The notes below the pieces were generated by a model. The model was not told the DNA's origin and made no database searches. It saw nothing but the letters and a program-made list of their open reading frames with translations. The position numbers and the translations under genes were made by a program. DNA of 64,000 bases, from positions 1,421,818 through 1,485,817 of the forward strand of contig NZ_JAQZZL010000001.1 of assembly GCF_028745505.1 (NCBI RefSeq), given 5' to 3'. Origin of the DNA: Lentisphaera marina. GTDB lineage: Bacteria; Verrucomicrobiota; Lentisphaeria; Lentisphaerales; Lentisphaeraceae. Positions 56,814 through 64,000 of the stretch are shown piece after piece (position 1 is the stretch's first letter; each line of letters starts with the position of its first letter).

Positions 56814-57851
56814 TTATACAATGAGCATGCAGTCGCCATAACTAAAAAAGCGCATTTGTTCTTTAACTGCTTGTTCATAGGCTTCTAGTACTTGTTCCCT
56901 TGGGAAGAAGGTCGAGACGAGCATTAGCAAAGTTGACTTAGGTAGGTGAAAATTGGTTAAAAGACAATCAGTTACTTGTGGTACTTTGGGAGGGTAAAGA
57001 AATATTTGTGTTTTGCCTTTTCCAGGATTAATGAAATTTACGGGGTCAGCACATGTTTCAAGTGTACGAACTGAAGTCGTTCCAATGGCAAAAATACGCC
57101 CACCATTTTTTTTAGTTTGACGAATTTTTTCTGCAGTAGAATTGTTGAGTTCATAAAACTCACTATGCATTTGGTGTTCGGATAAATCCTCACATGAAAC
57201 GGGTTGAAAGGTTCCAATTCCCGTATGAAGAGTGACATCAGCAAAATCAGCACCGTTCTCGGCACATTGAGAAAAAATATCTTCTGTGAAATGTAAGCCC
57301 GCAGTGGGAGCTGCGACGGCACCTGGTTGATCTGCAAAAACAGTTTGATAGCGTTTGCGATCTTGGGCATCATCTTCCCGATTCATATAAGGGGGGAGGG
57401 GGATGTGGCCAAATTTATCAAGTATGTCAAGTACGTCGGGATTTGAGAATTGTATCAGATAAGTTCCGTCATCAAGTTTTTCTTTGACGGTAAAATATTC
57501 TTCATGTGAATTTTCAATGAGGATTTGAGTTCCTGCCCGTAGACGTCGACCAGGTTTGAGCATTGCTTGCCATAAACCTGTGTTGCGCTCTTCGCAAAGA
57601 AGAGCTTGGACTTTGCCTCCAGAATCCTTTTTGGTACCAAAAAGACGCGCAGGAATAACTTTGGTATTATTTCGAATGATTAAGTCACCTTGTCTTAAGA
57701 AACTAGGGAAGTTTTCAAAGGGCATGATTTCTCTACGAGATTTTTGCCTATCGATTACCATCATTCGCGATTGTTGGCGCTCTGCGGGAGGGCGCTGAGC
57801 AATGAGTTCTTCGGGTAAATGAAAGTTGTAGTCACTAAGGTGAGTACTCAT
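56814..57851 (-). CDS. queA: S-adenosylmethionine:tRNA ribosyltransferase-isomerase
   Basis: N-terminal YNFHLPEELIAQRP...R motif and full-length QueA collinearity (345 aa). Confidence 0.9.
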   Translation of the reverse strand: MSTHLSDYNFHLPEELIAQRPPAERQQSRMMVIDRQKSRREIMPFENFPSFLRQGDLIIRNNTKVIPARLFGTKKDSGGKVQALLCEERNTGLWQAMLKPGRRLRAGTQILIENSHEEYFTVKEKLDDGTYLIQFSNPDVLDILDKFGHIPLPPYMNREDDAQDRKRYQTVFADQPGAVAAPTAGLHFTEDIFSQCAENGADFADVTLHTGIGTFQPVSCEDLSEHQMHSEFYELNNSTAEKIRQTKKNGGRIFAIGTTSVRTLETCADPVNFINPGKGKTQIFLYPPKVPQVTDCLLTNFHLPKSTLLMLVSTFFPREQVLEAYEQAVKEQMRFFSYGDCMLIV

Positions 57852-57854
57852 GAT

Positions 57855-59156
57855 CTAATCAGTCCCAAACCATTCGTTTTTGTATTTTTTCTCATAAATA
57901 TCAATGAGCTCAGGTACTGGTGTTTCTTCTAGTGTGTTGGTGTCAATGAGGCGTGTATGCTTTAGACAGTCGATGATAGCCTCGCTAGCCTCGTACCTGC
58001 GTTCTTGGTCTTCTAGGAGTCTAGGGTTACCGTTGGTTGCAGGTTTGCCTGGGGCAAAAGTCGTACAAGAATCGGCACATTGAATATTGGAGACCTCAAA
58101 AGTACCGGCTTTTTCGGCAATCGTAATAACTTCATTTTTATCCATGCAAACTAGGGGGCGTAGAACTAAGGTGTTTGTGGCGCGATTAATGGTATCCATA
58201 TTGGCAAGAGTTTGTGATGCAACTTGACCAACGGCTTCTCCTGTTAAAAGTGCTTTGGTCTTTAGATGATCGGCAAGAACAGTTGAAACGCGCATCATAA
58301 TTCTACGATAAAGAATGGTTCTAAAACGCTCTGAGCAATTATCGCGAATCATCTTTTGGGATTCGGCCATGTTACAGGCATAGAATTTTGCTGGATGGTC
58401 TTGGAATTTATCTAAGATGTTTTGTAGGTTTGCCACTTTATCAATTAATTCGGGTTGTGTGTAGGGGAAACTTTCAAAAGTGATAGAATTGACATGGCTA
58501 CCACGTTGCATAGCTTTGAATGCGGCAACTGGGGAATCAATACCTCCTGATAAAAGACATAATACGGGGTCGCTAGAGCCTACTGGTAAACCACCTAAGC
58601 CTTTGTGGTCTTGGAAATGGACAAAGGCAATATCTGGGCGAACTTCAACGCCAATTGTTAAATGAGCTTTCTTGAGGTTGACTTTTAAGTCCTCATATTT
58701 GGGGAGGACTCGATCAGCAATGGCGATTTCCATTTCTTTAGAAGTATACGGAAATTTTTTCCAGCTGCGACGGCAACGAACACGACAAGTATAATCTTGC
58801 ATAGGTAAGAGTTGGTTTTTACCGATCTGGTAAGCAGTGTCGAAATGTTTTTCTATGAGCTCAAAAATAGTGTCAGCATCAGGATCAGTGAAAATGCCTG
58901 GTGCATATGATTCGAGGCCAAAGGTTCTATCGAGTGCTTCTGTCGCAATTTTAATTTCTTTGGCGGAGAAAAAACTATTATCGCGTTTTTTGAGTGCAAA
59001 ACGACCTTGGTCGCGATAGTAATTAAATTCACTTCTTTTGGTGAGTTGGCGAGAGATGTTATTCAGTAATTTTTGTTCAAATTGCCAACGATTTTTACCT
59101 TTAGTTCCAATTTCGTTGTAGCGAAGTAGGAAGCAGTTCACTGGAATGTCTGACAT
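57855..59156 (-). CDS. thiI: tRNA 4-thiouridine synthase (THUMP plus PP-loop ATP pyrophosphatase)
   Basis: PP-loop SGGIDSPVAA, THUMP-like N-terminus; 433 aa with no rhodanese domain. Confidence 0.8.
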   Translation of the reverse strand: MSDIPVNCFLLRYNEIGTKGKNRWQFEQKLLNNISRQLTKRSEFNYYRDQGRFALKKRDNSFFSAKEIKIATEALDRTFGLESYAPGIFTDPDADTIFELIEKHFDTAYQIGKNQLLPMQDYTCRVRCRRSWKKFPYTSKEMEIAIADRVLPKYEDLKVNLKKAHLTIGVEVRPDIAFVHFQDHKGLGGLPVGSSDPVLCLLSGGIDSPVAAFKAMQRGSHVNSITFESFPYTQPELIDKVANLQNILDKFQDHPAKFYACNMAESQKMIRDNCSERFRTILYRRIMMRVSTVLADHLKTKALLTGEAVGQVASQTLANMDTINRATNTLVLRPLVCMDKNEVITIAEKAGTFEVSNIQCADSCTTFAPGKPATNGNPRLLEDQERRYEASEAIIDCLKHTRLIDTNTLEETPVPELIDIYEKKYKNEWFGTD

Positions 59157-59240
59157 AGATAATATCCTTAAGGGTTCTTTAATTGCGCGGAATATAGTCG
59201 CATCTATTTAAAAGAACAGTAGGGAATTAGAGTCAATGAA

Positions 59241-61184
59241 TTAGGTGGTAGGACTCGAGCTTTTAGAGAAATCTGGTGAGCTGTCTATGGAAGGGGAGGC
59301 GGAGTCTTTGTTAGAAAAGAAACTTTTATAAATTCTAGGAGATAGGTATTTGATAATAGAAGCTGCGGGTACACCGAAAATCGCGCCGCCAATTCCAGCT
59401 GTGATTCCCCCAAGTAAAACAACGATAATGGTTTCGAGTAAGGTTAAGCCCAAAGAAGCGCCTACGAGTTTGGGGTAGAGGAAAAAGCCTTCGAGTAGGG
59501 TGACAATTAAAAAGTATGCAAGAGCTAGACCTAAGTAAAACGCTGGGTCAGTGATACCGTTAAATAAGCATGTCCCAAAAGTTAAAGCAATGGCAATGAT
59601 AGGGCCAAGGAAGGGGAGTAAGACCTGTAAACTAGAGATGATGGCAAGAGGGATTGCATAAGGGACACCCATGACACTAAAAATGATTAGGAATATGGGG
59701 AGTTCAATGAGAATGATGAACATACATCCACGAACCCAACGCTGCATTTTGTCGATAACGACATCTAGGATTGAAATAGCTTCTTGTTTAGTTTCTGAAT
59801 TAAGACTTGGGGTCCAGGTACTATTAAATATGCCATCAATTATGTACTGGCCAGTGGATTGACCACCTGATACGAGTTGAAATAAAGCCATTTTCTTGAG
59901 GAAAAAGATGAAGAAGAAGAGGCCCATAAAAATATCTAAAACTATATTGATGAAAGTCCCTGCCATAACTTGAAGTGTCCCTAATAAGCCACCAGAAGCT
60001 TTGGTGATTTTGGCAGCAATGGCATTGAGGTTTTGCTTGTCTTCGAGAGCCAAGGATAATTGAGTCGTAAAAGCAGACAATATGGGAAATTCCTGAAGTT
60101 TAACTTCGAGTTCTTTGACTTCTTGACGGATCCAGTTTACATAAGTTTGAGATACTTGCGTGGTTTGACCATCTGTAGCTGTGTTAGAATCGGAGATTTC
60201 TCCTTCTAATGGAAGGGAAGTATTACTTGAGTTAGTTTGTTCAGTAAGCTCTCCTTCGTCTTGTTGCTCAATGGTCTTTTGGTCAATGTTTTTATCTTGT
60301 TGCTGGTGATGCTCTAAACGTTCTTGTTTAATGGTGACTATTTTTTTCTGGGTGTCCTTAAGGAAAGTGTAACTAGCCGTAGTAAAAAGAGATATAACTA
60401 AAATGAAACCCAAAAAAACAGAAGCAATAGTTAGGTTACAGGCGATGTTCATTTTCTTGTTTGCGCGTTTTTCTAAGATTTTACAATCATCTAAACTACG
60501 GCGCTGTGGTTTTAGCTCCATGATTCGTTGAACAGCTTTATTATTCATGAACTTTTTAAGGTAGAACTGCTGCAGAGGTAGGAAAAAATAAGCTAAAGCA
60601 ACGCCAATGAGAACCGATTTAAGATAAATAGCTGTGATAATAAAAAGGATTGAAACGAGAAGGATAGCTAGTACACCGGCTAATGATAGGGCGCGTTTTT
60701 TCTTTTTGTCTTCACTTTCAAAAACTTCTTCTTCAATGGCTTTGTGTTTGTTTTTTGATATTTTTAAATGTTGAGCGAGCCGTTTGATGAATAACTTTTC
60801 TTCTTCTGGATACTCTCCTTCAGAATAGGCAATTTTAATGAATGACTTGAGTAAATTAGTCCTGTCTTGTGTAGAAAAAAGTAAGAGTGCTTTGCAAGTA
60901 ATGTTCCAGTCAAGTTCATGTTCGCGAGTAATTTCTTGAGAGAATTTTTGTAAGGCAGCGTCGCCAAAACTTTCATGTAAGTAATTGCGGACGGATTTTA
61001 TTTGGCTGAGGCGGCTTCTTTTTGATTGTTTCATCAATTCAGCGGCTAAAATAATGACTGAGTCAATCGCTTCGCTATGTTCTTTGTCACCTACAGAGTG
61101 AAAAGCTAGTGAATCAAAACTAGCTTCAATGGCATGAGTTAGTGGTGATGTAAATTTGTTGAGTAAGTCGTGTTTGTTTTTCAT
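59241..61184 (-). CDS. AI-2E family (PerM-like) membrane transporter fused to an N-terminal TerB-like soluble domain and a Q/E-rich linker
   Basis: C-terminal about 330 aa with 7-8 TMs and AI-2E-like blocks; N-terminal about 150 aa helical domain resembling TerB/co-chaperone-like modules; central low-complexity linker. Confidence 0.5.
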   Translation of the reverse strand: MKNKHDLLNKFTSPLTHAIEASFDSLAFHSVGDKEHSEAIDSVIILAAELMKQSKRSRLSQIKSVRNYLHESFGDAALQKFSQEITREHELDWNITCKALLLFSTQDRTNLLKSFIKIAYSEGEYPEEEKLFIKRLAQHLKISKNKHKAIEEEVFESEDKKKKRALSLAGVLAILLVSILFIITAIYLKSVLIGVALAYFFLPLQQFYLKKFMNNKAVQRIMELKPQRRSLDDCKILEKRANKKMNIACNLTIASVFLGFILVISLFTTASYTFLKDTQKKIVTIKQERLEHHQQQDKNIDQKTIEQQDEGELTEQTNSSNTSLPLEGEISDSNTATDGQTTQVSQTYVNWIRQEVKELEVKLQEFPILSAFTTQLSLALEDKQNLNAIAAKITKASGGLLGTLQVMAGTFINIVLDIFMGLFFFIFFLKKMALFQLVSGGQSTGQYIIDGIFNSTWTPSLNSETKQEAISILDVVIDKMQRWVRGCMFIILIELPIFLIIFSVMGVPYAIPLAIISSLQVLLPFLGPIIAIALTFGTCLFNGITDPAFYLGLALAYFLIVTLLEGFFLYPKLVGASLGLTLLETIIVVLLGGITAGIGGAIFGVPAASIIKYLSPRIYKSFFSNKDSASPSIDSSPDFSKSSSPTT

Positions 61185-62068
61185 GATCTCAGTGGGATAG
61201 TGAGCCCTTCTCGTGCCCAGATGACCTGCATTGCTGGAGTTAATGATTCATATTGTTGCATGTACTTATGCGACAAGTCTTCTAAAATACTATCAGTATG
61301 CATTGGGTCATGGTGATATATAACTAAATTTTTTACACCAGCGGCGTAGGCAACTTTGTGTATTAAGCTTAATGAGGTGTGGCCCCAGCCGACTTTATCG
61401 AGGTATTCTTCATCAGTGTATTGGCCGTCGGCAATAAGGTAATCGACAGCTGAGATGAAGTTGAAGTAGCGTTGGCCCATTTTATTTTTTGGAGTTCCAT
61501 CACTATTAAATTGTAAATCTAGTTCATTGTCTGTGGCGTAAACAAAAGTACGGTCTTTGTCTAAAATGGTTTTGAAAGCAGTTGAGCCTCCTGGGTGATC
61601 TTGGTCCGTTGAAGAAATTTTCACTCCATGAATATCGATAGCATGAAGATCAACATGAACATTTAAGTCCGCGTTTAATTGGGACATTGGCACGGGGAAA
61701 TAGACGGAATTCATTTGCCCTGACAAAGTTTTTTCTAGCATTTCATCTTGGTTTTCAGATCCGTAGATATTAAGCTTAAATCGCGAGTCGTAGGCAGGTT
61801 GAAAAAAAGGTAGTCCTTGAATGTGATCCCAGTGTGTATGGCTGAGGAATATATTGAGTTCAATTGGCTCGCCATCATAATGATCCTCGACGAAGTCCAT
61901 GAGCTCAACACCTAAGCCACGAATGCCTGTGCCAGCGTCAAAAATGTAGTATGCGTTATCATATTTTAAACAGATACAGGAAGTGTTGCCCCCATAACGC
62001 TCCGTAGATCGACCAGGAGTCGCAATGGAGCCGCGACAACCCCAAAAAGTAATAAAGGCGTTTTTCAT
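61181..62068 (-). CDS. MBL-fold metallo-hydrolase
   Basis: HxHxDH motif LSHTHWDHIQG, downstream His/Asp ligands; overlaps upstream and downstream genes (operon). Confidence 0.7.
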   Translation of the reverse strand: MKNAFITFWGCRGSIATPGRSTERYGGNTSCICLKYDNAYYIFDAGTGIRGLGVELMDFVEDHYDGEPIELNIFLSHTHWDHIQGLPFFQPAYDSRFKLNIYGSENQDEMLEKTLSGQMNSVYFPVPMSQLNADLNVHVDLHAIDIHGVKISSTDQDHPGGSTAFKTILDKDRTFVYATDNELDLQFNSDGTPKNKMGQRYFNFISAVDYLIADGQYTDEEYLDKVGWGHTSLSLIHKVAYAAGVKNLVIYHHDPMHTDSILEDLSHKYMQQYESLTPAMQVIWAREGLTIPLRS

Positions 62069-62458
62069 TTAGGAAATAAGCTCTTCGCGTTCATAGTAAA
62101 AAATATGGGTTTCTCCAATTTCTATAACATCATTTGGGTGTAATACGCATTTTGCAATACTAATTCCATTCACGAATGTGCCATTGGTCGACTCTAGATC
62201 TTCAATTAGGTAGGAGTCATTGGAGAAAGAGATCTTAGAGTGGTGACGTGAGATATTGGGAAAAGAAAGTTGTATCGGATTGTCGCTAGTACGTCCGATA
62301 ATGACATCTGTTTCTTGAAGTTTGTAAGTTTGAACTTGTTCGTTGACACGTTTGATATCAAGGAATGAGACGCGACGTTTTTTCATTCCACGCATGACAC
62401 TAGATCGTGATATAGCTAAAGTCCGTACATCCCCTTCTAGATGGTTTACATCAGTCAT
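62069..62458 (-). CDS. FHA-domain protein
   Basis: GR..x(n)..SRHH..x..L.DL.S.NGTFVNG pattern (IGRTSDNPIQLSFPNISRHHSKISF...IEDLESTNGTFVNG). Confidence 0.7.
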   Translation of the reverse strand: MTDVNHLEGDVRTLAISRSSVMRGMKKRRVSFLDIKRVNEQVQTYKLQETDVIIGRTSDNPIQLSFPNISRHHSKISFSNDSYLIEDLESTNGTFVNGISIAKCVLHPNDVIEIGETHIFYYEREELIS

Positions 62459-62715
62459 TTATTATTCCAAGTTTATTGAATGGCTCTTTCGTTTAACTAT
62501 ACACAGGCACTGTTTTAAAATCAATAATATAGTTTGAAGCTCTTGTGAAAAATAGAGAAATATTGTGTCTCTAAAGCTTCAAAAGTTGATAAAGTAATAA
62601 GCAAAAATAATTTTTGTTGACTTATGCTTGAAAGAAAAAGCGTTTCCAGTGAGACAATAGAGCTTTTCGATTTAACTTGAAAAGAAAAAAATGTATAGCA
62701 AGGAAATGTAATTTA

Positions 62716-64000
62716 GTGGATAAAGAACAGAACGTAGAGCGCCTTAATTTTGGAGATCGAGAAGTTATTCTTATCGGTACGGCTCATGTATCGAAGGCGA
62801 GTGCGGAGCAGGTGATACGGGTTATTGAAGAAGAGCAGCCTGACGCGGTATGTGTAGAGTTGTGTGACGCACGCTACCAGAAGATCAAAGATCCTGATTC
62901 ATGGAAAAATATGGATTTAGTGAAAATTCTTAAAGAGGGTAAATTAATACTCTTTATAATTAATTTGGTACTTGCTTCACATCAGAAAAAAATTGCTGAA
63001 AAAATGGGAATTAATCCAGGGCAAGAAATGTTGAATGCTATTACTTCAGCCGAAGAGTATGATATGAGTTTGGAATTAATTGATCGCGATGTGAAAATAA
63101 CTCTAAATCGTACTTGGGGGCTGATGTCTTTAAGTAACAAGGCCAAGTTACTGGCTTCCATGTTAGGGACTCTGACGATTGTGGCGTGGAGTGCGTCCTT
63201 GGTGCTTTTTCTTGTTCATCAAATGAGTGATGTTTTTATAGGTTATGATAAAATTATAAATATCGTGACTGTTGCCCTGTTCCTCGTGCCCTTTTTTCTC
63301 CCTGAAAATGGAGCGAAAGAAGATGAGGTTACAGAGGAAAGTTTAGAGAAGCTAAAAGAACAAGATATGCTTGAGAATTTACTGGCTGAAATGGGAGACA
63401 ATTTACCTGATGTTAAGAAACGTTTGATTGATGAACGTGACCTATATATGGTGAAAAAATTGCAAAATTGTGAAGCAAAAAAAATGGTTGCAGTTGTAGG
63501 GGCGGGGCACGTGCCTGGTATGCTTCGTCACTGGAATGATGAAATTGACTTAGCCTCTTTGGAAGAATTGCCTAAGCCTGGTCTCGTATCAAAGTTTTTC
63601 AAATATGCTTTTCCTGCGGCCTTAATTGCAGTGGGAGTTGCGGGGATGTTTTTTCTTGATTTAGATAAAATTAAAGATTTGATTGTCTCGTACATTTTGA
63701 TTACAGGTGGAGGCGCTGCAATTGGTGCGGTAGCCGTGTTGAGTCATCCATGGTCAATTTTTCTTGCATTCATTTCAGCTCCTATCACTATATTGCATCC
63801 TGCTTTAGGTGTGGGAATGATAACAGGTGTGAGTGAGGCCGTAAAAAGAAAACCAACTGCAGGTGATTTTGAAAGCTTGCTGGATGATTTTGGCTCGGTA
63901 AAGGGCTGGATTAAAAACCGTGTAACTAGGGTCTTATTGACTTCAGTGGCAAGTTCAATCGGCGCGATTTTAGGTTTACTTTATTTTTGCCATAAGCATG
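62716..64000 (+). CDS. TraB/GumN family protein; 3' end beyond window
   Basis: GTG start at 62716 with AGGAAA SD; N-terminal TraB motif REVILIGTAHVSKASAEQV, later GAGHVPG, C-terminal TM helices; not in the ORF track because no in-window stop. Confidence 0.6.
   Translation, partial: MDKEQNVERLNFGDREVILIGTAHVSKASAEQVIRVIEEEQPDAVCVELCDARYQKIKDPDSWKNMDLVKILKEGKLILFIINLVLASHQKKIAEKMGINPGQEMLNAITSAEEYDMSLELIDRDVKITLNRTWGLMSLSNKAKLLASMLGTLTIVAWSASLVLFLVHQMSDVFIGYDKIINIVTVALFLVPFFLPENGAKEDEVTEESLEKLKEQDMLENLLAEMGDNLPDVKKRLIDERDLYMVKKLQNCEAKKMVAVVGAGHVPGMLRHWNDEIDLASLEELPKPGLVSKFFKYAFPAALIAVGVAGMFFLDLDKIKDLIVSYILITGGGAAIGAVAVLSHPWSIFLAFISAPITILHPALGVGMITGVSEAVKRKPTAGDFESLLDDFGSVKGWIKNRVTRVLLTSVASSIGAILGLLYFCHKH

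Noticed and set aside
62459-62715. Putative sigma-70 promoter (TTAACT-N16-TATAGC) upstream of the traB-like gene
   Set aside because: Non-consensus spacing and hexamers in an AT-rich region where such matches arise by chance, so it is not listed as a feature.

Overview
This is a 64 kb chromosomal window from an AT-rich (about 40% GC) Gram-negative bacterium. There are 49 protein-coding genes. A DUF1501 protein next to a planctomycete-type cytochrome/DUF1549/DUF1553 protein points to the Planctomycetes-Verrucomicrobia-Lentisphaerae (PVC) superphylum. I found no rRNA, tRNA, CRISPR, transposase or integrase. Most of the window is minus-strand housekeeping and transport: Fe(III) ABC importer, porin, narK, nrtABCD-like nitrate ABC transporter, cca, metXW, bioB, lemA plus two TPM genes, queA, thiI, and uvrA on plus. 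Three parts stand out.
(1) The most unusual locus (20.5-33.4 kb) is a divergent pspF/pspA pair with a sigma-54-like promoter. Here pspA heads a seven-gene plus-strand operon: PspA, a free-standing GxxExxY protein, a YqiJ/NfeD-like membrane protein, a YqiK-like flotillin, a 1733-aa protein with one C-terminal MoxR-class AAA+ domain, a second SPFH protein, and a LURP-one-related/tubby-like (LOR/DUF567) protein. It ends in a strong terminator. This looks like an undescribed PspF-controlled membrane-remodelling, repair or defence module.
(2) A three-gene minus-strand operon encodes a NirB-like FAD/NAD(P)H flavoprotein with a BFD-like [2Fe-2S] domain whose C-terminus is a ferric-reductase-type di-haem transmembrane domain rather than a sirohaem domain. 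It is followed by a periplasmic cytochrome c with 10-11 haem motifs and a DUF3365 haem lipoprotein. I read this as a possible quinone-independent NAD(P)H-to-periplasm electron route for nitrite/N-oxide reduction.
(3) A pair of bifunctional fusions suggests a glucosyl/mannosyl-glycerate compatible-solute synthesis and turnover cycle: glycosyl-3-phosphoglycerate synthase fused to a GH13_18 phosphorylase, and glycerate 3-kinase fused to a phosphatase of the HAD (haloacid dehalogenase-like) superfamily.
Smaller oddities: an NrtB permease with a roughly 250-aa coiled-coil insertion, an orphan plus-strand terminator suggesting an sRNA, and several intercistronic structured elements. All calls are by eye from motifs; none are search-verified.
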